From: the human T2T-CHM13v2.0 reference genome, Homo sapiens
Direction: 5' to 3' (one strand)
Length of the DNA: 64,000 nt
Assembly (NCBI RefSeq): GCF_009914755.1
Contig: NC_060946.1
This document shows, piece after piece, positions 47,512 through 60,783 of this stretch; within the stretch, counting starts at the first letter, position 1; each line of letters opens with the position of its first letter. Both the position numbers and the translations under genes were made by a program. The notes beneath the pieces are model-generated. The model saw only the letters and a list, made by a program, of their open reading frames with translations. It did no database searches and was not told the origin of the DNA.

Positions 47512-49608
47512 TTATATGCCAAATAGTGAAAGGGGCTTTCTTGGGAGTCTCAAAGCTGTTTTTCCCCCTCCTGTGACTGCTAGGCTGGTAGTTTTCACAG
47601 CTGCAATAGTTCTGAGACTGCTGATTTTCAGGCTACTACAGGCTTGCAAAGAGGAGGCTGAGAAGAGGGCAAGTTAGAATGCTGCACAACTCAGCTATTT
47701 TTCTTGCATCTATGCTCTTCGGATTGTTGGTTGATTTCCAGAATTTTAAAAAGGTAGATTTTGACAACTTTTGCCAGTGTTGTTGTTGACTTTGTGGAGG
47801 ACCGTGTGCTCAAAGATCCTTAATCCTCATCCTCAAAGTGCTTCTCTGTATTGTTTCTTTGTTTATAGCAGCCACAAAGTCTTGCCCAGAGTGTTATGTT
47901 GCTTAAAATAAAGTCATTGAGAGCTGCTCATAGCAAGAGAGATATTGTAAAGACTCAAATGTATGACAGCACTCTTTTTACTTTTTTTTGAGAAATATTT
48001 AATGAAAAAACCTGAGAATATATGTCTAAGTGGTTGTGACTGAGGGGAAAATCATGGGTTTCAGCTTCAGATGCACCCAGGTTCAAATTCCCGCTTCTTC
48101 GCTGATCAGTTGTGGAGTTCATTAACTTTATTAGCCTCGATTTCTTCATCTGCCAAATATTAATAATATTGCCTGTTTTGTGGGACTATTGTGAGGATGA
48201 GAAATAGGGCACCGGGGAGGTGGCTGAAGTTCCCATCAGGTGGCAACAGTGATGTCATTAGTAGCTGCCTGATCTGCCCAGGTGAGGAGCTGCTCAGCTG
48301 GATCACCTGCCTTTGAACCTGGTGCCAGAGTCATCCCAGCACTCGGACCCTCAGAATCTCGGAGGAATCAGCCAGCTTTGATTTTCTACCTGCTCTGTCT
48401 TTCCATCAACCTTAATTGTGGCCCAGTTTGCTTTTGTTGTAGGTTTTGAGCAACAGGCAGAACAAGTGAAAGGTCAGGGTGGCCCTGGACAGAGTTGGGA
48501 AGTGGAAGAGAAGCACTTGACTTTGAAGATGCTTCTTTTTATTTAATCAACATTTTATTTGCATTCAGGCAATGAATGTGCACTGTAAGTCACAGAGTGC
48601 TACAGGGCTTATGCTCAAGATAGCAGCCTCCTCCCGAGGCCTGGTTCCCACTCCCAGTGCAGCTCTAGTGCTGCTTCTCTTGTTTCTCGAAGGAACAACC
48701 TGGGATTGCTATGTTTTGATTTTTCAATTTAGACATTACTTTTAGATTTCTTATAATGGGAAATGAAGATTTAGAGATTTAGCTTCCCCACTCACATATG
48801 CATCTTTTCACCTGTTAGTATTTCTATCCCAATTTTTGGTTGAATATTCATTATGTGACATTATTTTTTAAAAGTAGTTAATTATTTTGTTTGTTTGCTT
48901 ATATTTTCATGTGTCCATCATAGTTCATCCTCAAGTCTTCTGCAGAGCTTTAAACACCCCTCTGTAGTGTGGTGAGATGTGCTAGGTCATCTGTCTTCTA
49001 GTTTTTCTTGGAGGCTTACCTCCTGGAGCCTCCAAGGCCTGCTCCCATTGGGACTGATTGATTTCCAGTCCTGCTCACAGTCACCATCTTCAGATGGCCA
49101 TCATCTCCTTTCACCTTTCTTCTGTCTTGTAACCCCTGGTTCTGGGATCCAATGGTTTCCTTTTTCTTGGTTTACTCCCTCATTTTGGTGGAGCACACCC
49201 TCCAGTAGCTTTCTGAGAAAGTGCACAAGAGAAATATCTGGCAGACTTGCATGTTAGAAAAGATCTTTATTCTGTCCTGTCTTAACTAATAGTTTATCTA
49301 GGTATAGAATTCTGAGTTGCAGATCATTTTCCCCTAGAATTTGGAAGGCATTTTTCCTTTTTTTTTCAGTGTCACTGTTGAAAATTCCACTGCTGTTGGG
49401 ATTTCTCATCCTTTATATATAACCTGTTGGGTTTCTGGAGAATGTGCTTAATGTGGGTCTTTACTTCATTTATTTTTTCCAAGCACTCTGTTAATGGAAA
49501 AATTTTGTCCTTTAATTCAGGAACTTTTCTCATCTCCAGTTTTTTCTTCCATCTCTTTTTCTGATTTCTCTTCCTGCAACTTGTAGTACTCAGATGTTGG
49601 GCTTATGA

Positions 49609-50092
49609 TTTTTTCTTTTTTTTTTTTTTTTTGAGACAGGATCTTGCTCTGTCACCCAGGCCAGAGTGCAGTGGTGCAGTCACAGCTCACCACATCTTTG
49701 AATTCCTGGGCTTAAGCTGTCCTCCCACCTCAGCCTCCCAAAGTGGTGGGATTACAGATGGGAGCCACTGTGGCCAGCCTGATTTTTAAATCTTTTCTCA
49801 CCTGTTATTTACTTCATTGTCTTTTTTATTTTAGTGTCTGGGAGATTTCCTTGACTTCGTCTTCCCTCTTTTGGTCAAATTAAAAAATATCCTGCTATGT
49901 TTTTATTTCTTTTGTAAAAGCACCCTGCTAAAATTTCATGGGTGCAATATTTTATTATCTCACCAAGGATGTCAATGATATAGTTTAAAAAAGCATTTTC
50001 CTGCCTCAGCCTTCTTTCCTCTAATTTCTTTTCCTTGTTTGATTTGGCCTCTGACTCTTTTTTCACTGTGGTTGATTTTTCATTTTTTCTTT

Positions 50093-50151
<59 letters not shown>

Positions 50152-50483
50152 CTTTCTGTCTGTCTGTCTTTCTTTCTTTTCTTTTCTTTCTTCTTTTCTT
50201 TGAGACAGAGTCTTGCTCTGTTGCCCAGGCTGGGGTGTAGTGACGTGATCTCGACTGACTGCAACCTCCGCCTCCCAGGTTCAAGTGATTCTCCTGCCTC
50301 AGTCTCCTGAGTAGCTGGGTTTATAGGCGCCCGCCACCACTCCCAGCTAATTTTTGTATTTTTAGTAGAGACAGGGTTTCACCATGTTGACCAGGCTGGT
50401 CTTGAACTCCTGACCTCAGGTGATCAGCCTGCCTCAGCCTCCCAAAGTGCTGGGATTACAGGTGTGAGCCACCGCACCTGGCC
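49609..50483 (-). mobile_element. Alu monomer (~49609-49779) and AluS with (TTTC)n tail (~50090-50483), within old L1-like sequence
   Basis: Alu consensus matches; (CTTT)n at 50090-50155. Confidence 0.85.
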
Positions 50484-50563
50484 TTCACTGTGGGGTTTTT
50501 CTCAGAGGCTTGATGACACTGCATTTGTGTATATGAATTGAACATCTGAAAGCTGTTGGTCAG

Positions 50564-50566
<3 letters not shown>

Positions 50567-50610
<44 letters not shown>
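50567..50610 (+). repeat. (TG)22 microsatellite
   Basis: Direct reading. Confidence 0.9.
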
Positions 50611-50611
<1 letters not shown>

Positions 50612-52796
50612 TGGGCATAGGGGGATGTGATCATGGGGCCCTGGCCATGTCTTTGGGCAAGCCCTATATTGATACCTATGGGTTTTTCCTCCTGCACCTG
50701 TTTTTCTCCCCAGTTTTTGCTTTCCAAGTCTGGCTTCCAGATTTGATAGCTAAGTGGGTCTGGAGGCTGGGACCCCAGGGTTCATCCCCTTGCCTCGATG
50801 TTCCCTAAATGGGGCTCTCTGGAGTTTTTGTGTGACCCTGGTAGTGCTCCCCACTTTTGTGGGGATGAGAGGCAAAGGGCATGGCTGCTGGATGGGTGCA
50901 AGGTGGGAGGGGCCCGGGTCCCACCTGCTTCTCATACAGGTTCTAAGTCAGACTGCAGCTCTTGGGCTTCTAGTCCTTGAGACCCCCTGGGACTCTGGCC
51001 ACAGCTCACCTTGCTTCTTGTAGCTCCACATTTCTCTTACCCACTCCCAGGACTTTGGTTTTAGTTTTCTTTGCTCAGCTAAGCCAGTCTACCCATCCAT
51101 CTCTTTCCAGCTTCCAAACCTCTGTCCTTGGCAGGCCATGCCTTTTCCTTCCTTTATTGCTGATTTCATGGGATGTCAGCCACAACTGGGGACAAACATG
51201 GGCCTTCAGAATCCCGTCCTATACAAGGGCCCCTTGGTTCCCACCATCTGACCCTGTTAACACCCTCCGTGGGCACCCCACCCCGGTACCACATACACAC
51301 CTGCCTGGAGGGTCTCAGAGAATTGAAAGAGCTCTCAGAGGTCAGGACCTTTATGTCACGTCTTCATGGAACAGATGGGGAAACTGAGGCACGAGGAGGG
51401 GAAAGGCCTCACTATCCCAGGTCGCATGGTGAGATAGTAGAGAGCTGAGCCGACTCTCAGGCCAGGGCTCTCCCACAGCCTCGTGGGGCAGCTCCGTGGC
51501 ATGGGCCTTGAAGTCATGGACTCTTGATGTCTGCCGAGTGAACGGAGACCATGACAGTTGGGAGGCTGCCACCTGATGGGCTCATCTCATCCTAACAGTG
51601 TTGGTTACCATCCGTGGGCCAGCTATTTGGCCTCTGGGGACATCCTGTAGCCGATCACTTAGGAGACCTTGGTTGAATCATGTGACCTCCCCGGCCCTTG
51701 CCATGGGTTGTAAGGGACGACGGAACCTCATGGATTCAGTGGCTGTGTGTTGAGTGTGTACTTATCACCGAGCCCCGTGCTGGCGGTAGAGCGCTGAACA
51801 AGGCAGGGGCCTCGAAGGGGCTCCCAGGGTGCTGGGGAAGCAGACAAATCAACCCGCGGTTGGTTTGGTTGTCAGGGCTGTGAGAAGCACGTCCCTGGGT
51901 GCTTGTTGGGGGGCACCCATCATCCTGCTAGGGTTGAGTGAAGAGAGCGGCTCTTGGAAGGTGTCTTGGAGGAAGTGGCCCTGGGGTTGGCTGATAAAGT
52001 GCGAGTTGAATTGGAGTTGACTCAGAAGGAAGGGCGGGAAGAGGATCCTGGTGTGTGGAACAGCAGATGCGGATGCCAGGAGACCGTAAGCACCCACAGG
52101 GGTGCAAGGTTGGACGAGGAGGGCTGAGATCAGAGCACTGCAGGGAGTGCAGTAGCCCCTGGGGAAGCCGGGGGCCACCAGGGCCCTTTTGTGCACATCT
52201 CTGGGCACGTGTGTCCTTCCGGACTGCGACTTCTGAGGAGGTTCCCACAAAGTCCTGCTAGCTACAGGCAGCCTTGATTTTTGGGGGAAAACACAGAAAA
52301 CTTTCGGCCTGAAGTCATATGTGCTCTGCAGTAGCAGTGGAAACAAGCAGTTGAAGATGATTAGGACTGAATGTTCCTGTTTTTAAAACATTTCCCAGGA
52401 AAAACAAATGTTTGAAAGTTAAACATTTTGGCTATTAGGATGGAACAGAAGAAAAATCACATTTGCCTTTTAAATCCAGGCACCAGAGCTGAGTTTTGAA
52501 TCCAGCAGCCTCCCATGAGGACCCGTGGAGGCTGGATGAGGCCAGGGGGTCTGCAGCTCATTGGGGGGTCTGCCATCCTAGGATGTCTGTTCTATCTGGG
52601 GTGTTGTGGCACCGAGCTCTGGGAAGCCAGACCTGGGTCCCAGTGAGCTGCTGTGTGCCCAGGTAGGTGACCTGAACTTGTAGAGCCTCAGTTCTCATCT
52701 CCAGCTTCGCAGCTCACATTTCTGGGCTGTGCTATACATTGCAGCGTTAATCTTCCTGAATAGCCCCGAAATGCAATGAAAATGGCTAACATCCAG

Positions 52797-53290
52797 GTTG
52801 TATTAACCTTGCCTTTTATTTTCTGTATTCTGATGCTTTGACATCTGAGGGCCTTGCTGAGCCAGGGGGATTGTCTCTCCCTGGGTTAACCAGTTCCTAG
52901 ATACAGCAAATAACTACACAAGCCAACCACTCCACAGCCCACAGTAGAGTGGACAGGGCCACTATCCACCTGCCCTGATCACCCCAGGGGCAGTGCCAGA
53001 CAGTTAGGGACAGCCCTCATGTCCTAGAACCTGCCAGAATTATTCGAACTAGACAGTCCTAAGTCTCTTTCCCTTGCCTTGCCCAACCCTTCCTTTGGAA
53101 ACCATGAAACAGGCTCCTGCCCATGTTTCCCCCTCACCCTCCACCTCCTGATTGTCCCTGGTGCTTCCCTGTCTGGCCAGGCATGGTGGAGCGTGGCTTG
53201 CGTTTTTAGAGAACTGTGAGTGTAAGCCTCCTTTGTGACAGCCATTTCTGTGTCCATGTGTCTTATCAAACTTGCTTAAAAACAAATCCG
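52797..53290. mobile_element. Solo ERV LTR (LTR47-like; family tentative)
   Basis: tgatgctttgacatctgagggccttgctga...cagttcctagatacagcaaa...ctagacagtcctaag...aaaccatgaaacaggctc, resembling a recalled LTR consensus. Confidence 0.55.
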
Positions 53291-56123
53291 TGCAGAAGTA
53301 TAGGTACAGCGTGGGGCTCACGTGTCTTCATCAGCTTGATCATTGCAAGAACTCTGTGGGGAAGCATGCGTGTTTTATAAATGGGGACACTAAAGCTCAG
53401 GGAAGTGAGGGTTCTCATTCTGGCCAGAGAGCCAGTGGGAGGTAGAGATGGAAGTCAGGCTACGCCGCCTGCACCCCTTGCTGCACTGCCTTTCATCTCT
53501 GTCATGGGGAGAATGGCCCGTGCCTGCTAAGGGTGTCTGGAAGCATTGAATGCATGATGCTGGTCGCAGTGCCTGGACAGGGCGCTCAGTACAGGGTAGC
53601 AGAATTCAGCTTCTGCAGGCGCAGCCCTGCACTGTGTTCCCCTGAACTCAGCCTTGGCTGTTGGCCCAGACATCTGACTCCAGAACTCTCCTGCCTGTTC
53701 AGGTTACACACAGAATTCCCTTTCTCTGCATGGTCAGCCACAGTCTTCTGTGTGTGCTTGGCCGTGTGAAGCCATTCCTGGCGTTCATGCACCGAGTTGC
53801 ACCAAGACCCCACGGTGGCTCACAGCTGACTCTCGCAGCTTGCTCCATCCTGGTGTGTTTCTAGACCATGCGCCATACCGAGAAGTCTGCTAATGTGAAT
53901 CTCCTAGACATCGGCAAGTGTTTAAACACAGAACTGTCAAAGATGTACTAAAAATGCAATCAGAGATCGTTATGCCGTCTCTTTATTCCATCCCCCTCTG
54001 CTGTGTTCTGCGAGATGGGAATGGGCGGAAGAAGCCATAAGTGGGCATTTTCCTGATTGTCACTGCATTTAGAGAACGCTAAAACTCCACCGGGCTCAAT
54101 ACTTTGCTCCGGGAATGGCATCGATGGTGGAGAAGCTTGCACATATCTTGTTGAATTTAACAGATTATGCAGTTTGGAGGCAGCACTTTCTGTTAAATGG
54201 GATGGGTAAGTGTTAGCGATAAAGAATTGTACCTTTTGGAGGGAGATTAATCTCGGAAGCACAAAAAGCAGAGACTTCCATGCACATCCCCCTCTGCCCC
54301 GTGCGGCAGCTGCACTTGTTGCAATGTGGAATCTGTGTGCGGATACACAGCTATTTGAATACACGTATGTGGCAAATGGAAAGTGAAAACAACAGGGCCA
54401 TCCTCTAGTGCTCTTCTGGTTAATACTTAAATGTCTTTGCAACAAGAAATCCACGGCTAGCAAATGCCAGGATGTTGAATGATCTGGCTGGGAAAAAAGG
54501 AGGCATTTGGGGAAGATGGTCTGAATGTTTTCATGGAGAATACAAATGTGTAGCATTGCTCCCCAGCTCTGAAAAGCACTAGTTTTGGCATCAAGGACCT
54601 AGGGCTTGTGGCAGAGGCTGGGAGATCAGCGTTCTCGCCCACCTAGCAGAGTCCAACTGGCCTGTCTCCAGTTTCAGGGTTTGACCGGTGCCACAAGTCC
54701 CTGCTCCACTCTTCCCAGATGTCCTCATATCCTTCCAGTCCCCTAAACTGTCTACTCATCAGGCATGTCCTACCAGAGGCTGGTCATTGTTCAGACATCT
54801 CTGAGGCAGGAGGCCAGGGTTCAAGTCCTAGCTCTCTCCACTGTCTCGCTATGTAACCTTGGACAAGTCTCTTCCCCTTTCTGAGCTCCAGTTTTCTCCT
54901 GTCCAATCAGCAGCATGGATTAGGAGAGCTACAGGCCTCTTGGTGGTGTCTGATTCATGACTGTGTCCCCAGCGGAGCCTCGCCAGGGTCTGGAACACGG
55001 GAACACTGGGGGCTCATGTTTAATCAGGGCTCATGGAGAGCTGACCAGGGCAGGGGGCTTTGTAGTGGGTCCAGCTTCAGGGAAGAAGGTGGGCATTCAG
55101 CCTAAGGGGCATTCAGGATAGGCTCAGTGGATGCTTAGCTTCCGTTGGGTTGATGAGGGGAGGTGGATGAGAAAAGGCATTTGGACCCATTTGTGCCCTT
55201 GCTGAGACTTACCAAGGCAAGCACAGCCCCCAGCACCTGCACTGCTGTCCACCGTGCCCAGCCCGGGGGTGCTCTGTAGAGAGGCTTTTTCTTTAGCTTC
55301 CCCATGTTGTGCCCATCTTTGGTCCAGGGGGTCACGTTATGTTCTGGTCTCCAAGGTTGGTGCTGCCTAATCTCTTTCCACACCTGCTTGGAGAACAGCT
55401 ACTTTCCCGGGGTTCAGGTACTTCCTGTGGCTTCTCAGGCAGCTCCCATCAGGGCAATGGGGAAGCTCCGCTGTGTGTCAGCCGTCTTACCTGCTGCAGG
55501 GAGGAATAGCAGCAGGAAAGGGCAAAGAGAACAACATCCATTTCCTCTGTGTTCAGTGCAGGCATTAGGCAGAAGAGTTTGTATTCATTTAATTTTTCCC
55601 CCATAAAGCCCCTGAAAATCAATTAGTTGGTTGAAGTCCCCAAAACACTCCCCTCATTCACTGTTTAGATGGAGGGTTGTGATGAAATTAAGCAAGCGAG
55701 CCTCTAATGATTGGTCACTGGGAATCGTATCTATGTTCGGGTTGGTAAGAACTGCAGGGTGATGGGAACACTGGAAAACGGAACTGCAGGGCGATGGGAA
55801 CACTGGAAAACTAATGCAGCCTTAGGCTCTAACAACAGAGGTGGCAGCCCTAGAACAGAGGAGGAGACTCCTCCTGCCCACTCCGTGATGGTCAGGCCAT
55901 GCTGGGACTTCCGTTCTGTGTCCTCCATACCCACCTGCAAGAGAGCATGTTTAATTGGAGAAGATTCAGAGATGGACAATCAAGATTGTGGGTAAGGAGG
56001 GTGAGTCAAAAAAATGCCCTGCCAGGGACAGTTGGAGGAAACATTTGAGGAGAAGGGGCGACACAGAGGTCAGTTGGTGTAAAGGAGACAGTCAGACCTA
56101 GCTAAGGATGGATTGATTGATAA

Positions 56124-56917
56124 ATGCATCCATCCACCCATCTGTCAGTTCACCTATCCACCCACCCATGTATGCATCTATGTATCCGTCTGTCTATAAA
56201 CCATCTATCCGTCCATCCATCTATATATGCATCTATATATTCATACATATATAAAGCATCCATTCATTCATCCACCCATCCATCCATCTACCCACCCACC
56301 AACCCATCTATAAACCATCCATCCATCCATTAATCCATCTATATATGCATCTATATATCCATACATATATAAATCATCCATCCAGCCACCCATCCATCCA
56401 TCCATCCATCCATAAATCATCCATCCATCCATCCATCCATCCATTCATCCATCTATATATACATCTATATATCCATACATATATAAAGCATCCATCCATA
56501 AACCATCCATCTATCCATTCATCCATCCATGTATGCATCTATATATCCATCCGTCTACAAAGCATCCATTCATCCATCTATTCATCTATCTATAAACCAT
56601 CCATTCATCCATCCATTCATCCATAAACCAGCCATCTATCCATTCATCCATCCATGTATGCATCTATATATCTATCCATCTACAAAGCACCCATTCATCC
56701 ACTCATCCATCTGTCTATCTGTAAGCCATCCATTCATCCATCCGTCCATCTATAAACCATCCATCCATGTACCCATCCATCCATGTGTGCATCTACATAT
56801 CCATCCATCTGTAAACCAACCATTCATTCATCCATGCATGCATCCATCTATCCATGTGTGCATCCATATATCCATCCATCTATAAACGATTTATCCATCC
56901 ATGCATCCATCCATCCA
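56124..56917 (+). repeat. Degenerate (CCAT/CTAT)n simple-repeat array with higher-order units
   Basis: Dense ccatccat tracts interspersed with recurring ATGCATCTATATATCCAT blocks. Confidence 0.93.
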
Positions 56918-59900
56918 CTGAGAGGCGGGGTAGCATGATGGTGCAGAGTACACCTCAGGATACCGCCATAGGGTCTACCAAATGTCCATTGTCCTCTGTA
57001 ATTGTCAGTCATTTTGCTATTGATTTGTCTCATCTTAGGCAAGCTCTCTCTGGGCCTCAGTTTCGCCAGGTTTACCTGGGGATAGTAACACTTAAGTGTC
57101 TGTGAAGGTTATGCACAGCTGGTGAATTGCCAAGTCCAGGTGGACACCCACAGGCATTCTTGTGACTTTGGACTCAGAGGGATGTGGTGCTGGACAGTTT
57201 CTGTGTTCATAAGTGGATGTCCCTTTGCCTCCAAGCCATGGAGCAGACAGTGTTTGAGGGTGTCACCCCAGCAGGTGGTGGCTCCTGCCCTGCTCCCTTG
57301 CATTATGTATGGGAGCTGGGCCTTGTGCCCCATCCACCCTTTTCTGGGAGGGAAAAAGCCTCAGTCATCAGCTGCTGAGGTGAGAAGAAGAGGGGAGAGC
57401 TGACAGCTTCTGCGCTCCGCCCAATCCCCAGTAGTCGGGAGCTGCAGAAATAAATGAAACTGTACAGTTGGAGTAATTTGCTAATTTGCTTCAGTAACAC
57501 CCCCAGTCAAAGACATGACATAAATACATGAGCACTGGCTCTGCACCCCCAGCTTGGGCTGCAGGATGGATGGGTGATGTGAAGTGGAAATGTGGTGAAT
57601 CAGAGCCCGAAGGCAGCGATGGTGGCCACCCCCAACCCGAGCTGGGGGCTCTGGCTGCCTCCCTGCTGCAGTGTGTTTGGGGAGGGGCTCGATGAGGGGT
57701 CTGCTGGCCTTGGAGGAGTCTGAGGTGCCCGTCTAGAGGGGTGGGGTCAGCTGGACCAGCGTCCCCCTCCACAGCCGTGGGGCCTGGGTGGGTTTCCCAG
57801 CCTTTGAGCCTCATTCTGCTCAGCTGCAAAGAGGAGATAATAAAACCAAGTACCTTGGGGGTGCTCTAGGGAAATGAGATCTCAGCTCTCCACCAGCGGT
57901 CCAGAAGTGGCCATCTTTCCTGCTGTGTCCTCCCGGACCCACTACCAGCTGCTCAGGCCCACGCAGCCCTCTTCCCTCCTCTCCGCAGCCTGAGCCTCAC
58001 TGGAGAGGGCTTCTCTGTACCATGCCTGGTCGCACTGTGGGGCTGTGGGAGGCTTCATTCGCCAGACTCCTGCTGGGGCCTGCTAGGGACAGAGCTGGGG
58101 GAAGCAAACACGCCTGCATCCATGTTCTTGGAGCTCTCCCATGAGCACAGCAAGCAGAGTTCCCAGCGTCCATCAGGGTGGGCTCTGATGTACAAGAGGA
58201 GGGTCAGGGAGGTGGAAGGGGCTTGTAGAATCTCATCCCAGCAGCCTGACTGGAAGAACCTCGGGCCAGGGCCAGGCTGTTCCCTTCATGTCCCCAGGGA
58301 CAGAAACCCAAATGCCTGTTAAGAGTGGGCGGTACCTTCAAATGAATGAAGTGGACTGGGTGTGAGACGGTAGGGACAGGTGGGGATTGGGGCCAGCTGG
58401 ACGCATTCATCCTGTCCAAGGGGACACAGACACTCAGCACTTCCTGACTGGACCAGTTAAATTGTATTTATTTCTTTATTTTTAGAAAACAGAAGTAATG
58501 AAATGTTATTAGGAATCTCTCAAATTTTTGATGTTGGCAACAAATTCAAGTTTTAAAAAAAAGTTGTGCCAAACAAAATATGTCTGTGGATGGGTCTGGC
58601 CTGCCTGCTTCTAGTTTGCAAACTCTGGCCCAGGGAAGCTCTTTGGTTTTTTTGAACATCAAAATTTTGTACATTTCCATTGATTATCTTCTATAATATC
58701 AGAACAGTCCTGCAAGGTCGCTGTTACTTTTCTCATTTTACAGGTAAGGAAACTGAGGCACAGGGAAGCTAAGTCGTACAGCGGGTTGGTGGCAGAGTGG
58801 GTCTGGGATCCAGGCTGCTGGAGCTGAGATTCTGTGGCCTGCTAAGTACCAGTGGCCCCCATGTACCAGTGGTCCCCCGCCCCAGAGTTGATAAATCCCG
58901 AAGAAGAAAGAGCAGTGCTTTCTTTCTCAAACCTGTGAAGCAGTCTGAGGTGGTTGGTGAGTCAGCTATGAGTAGATTGGGATTTTCTGCCTGTTCTGAA
59001 GAAAACTTCTGTCTCGCCTTGGGGTTCCCTTTCTTACCGCCCTGGCCCACCCTCCCTGGCCAGGCTGGGACCTGGCCATTTGCCGTGGCCATAGGGCACG
59101 TGGTTAGACAGACGGCACAGGTCTCATCTAGCTGGGGGTAGAGAAGAAGCTTATAACGGGGCACTGGACCCTTCTATTTCCTTGCTATTAGGATATAATA
59201 ATGGCTGTAGTTATAGGACATGTACTGCTGTAAACCTCACTCTACCCTTCCCTGGAGCTCACGTAAGGGCTGGGGAGGCGAGCTCTTCCTAGAGTGCTTC
59301 CTGAGAGCTGAGTGTGATGGCACATCTTCCGAGTCTCAGCCCATATTGCAAGCATCCGTTTCCAATAAGAAAAACAATCCTTAGTATTTGGAGCAGAGGC
59401 ATTTCTGGAATTTGGTTCCCCATGGAATGCTCACACAGCGGAAGAGGTAGAGTTTTTGGTCATGGTGGAAAAGGCTCTGCTGTTCCTGGGCTGCTGTGTT
59501 GTCCCAGGGGACAGACCACGGTGCCCGTGCTGCTGGGCATTGCCCCGGGAGGGTGAGGAGTGAAGGGGGTGTCAGGGGCTCATTGGAGCCTGATGGCCAG
59601 ACAAGTGTTCTGGCACCTTGCCCTGTGTGTGCTTTAGCAGATGAAGGTCATGGTCTTCCAGGGATAGAGGGGATGCCTCGCGAGGTGTCGGTCTTTGTTA
59701 GCCACAGTTACTGCTTTGTGAACTGGTTATGGAATGTCACCATTTTCCTGTCTGGGTCCCCATCCACCCCGAGGCCCCTGTGCTGTGCTGGCGTCTTTGC
59801 TACTTGCCTGACCCTCCAGGTCACTCTCGGCCCAGGAGGGGCCAGGAGAAAGGCTTGGGTCTCCAAGTGCACTTTCAACATTTCATTTTTTATCCAAATC

Positions 59901-60783
59901 AGGGCTTACAGGTACCATCTTGACTCTCCAGGCCCATGAGTGCCCAGCAGCTGAGGCTGGTGGGGAGTGGGGAGTCAGGGGCCCAAGCCTGGGGTCAGGC
60001 TGGCTCTCAGATGGAGTAGGGGGCAGGGGCGAGTGGCGTTTACTGAGACCGAACAGCTGTGGTGGTCTTGCGCCTGCATAGAGCCAGCCTGGTGGGTGAG
60101 GCCTGCCGGGCAGCTGCCGAGAAACCAGCCCCCAGCCAGTCTCTCTTGGGTGACAGTGCACACTCCTGCCTAGGGCATCCAGAAAACTGGACCCCAGAGA
60201 GAGAAAGATGTGTACCTTGGAAGAACTACCCAAAAGTTCGCACACAGCAAAGCTGGAATGACACTATTGTAATTCAGTGGCTGTATACATAGACATTTTT
60301 GTTTTGATTCCATCTAGATTTTGTTTTGGCTTTGAATTTCCATGGCAGTAGGGGTGGGTACTATAATGTTTCCTGAGTGTGGGGTCTCCAAACATTTGAA
60401 CTGGGCTCTGCAAAGACCTTGCAATTCCTTTTGGAAAGTGGAGGATAAAGAGTCCAAGATACCCAGGGGGTGGGGGCCTGGGACCGTGAGGCCAGTGACA
60501 GCTAGGGCTGGGGATGCAGCGTGGGGGTCTTCTTCCAGTAGAAAACTAGTCCAGACAGAAGAAACTGAGGCAGAGAAGTCCCAGGATGAGGCCAGGCACT
60601 CTGCAGCTCAGCAGCCTGGGAGGAACCTGTCCAGCCTCTTCCCGATGATCTCAGGGGGCCGATGGCCAGTGGAGGCCTGGACAGGCAGGACTGTGGGGAC
60701 AGTGATCAGGCTGCTGCCTCCTTTGATCTGATGAAGACACCTGTTGGGGGCCTGGCAGCAGGTACCCCTGTCAGCGATTCCAG

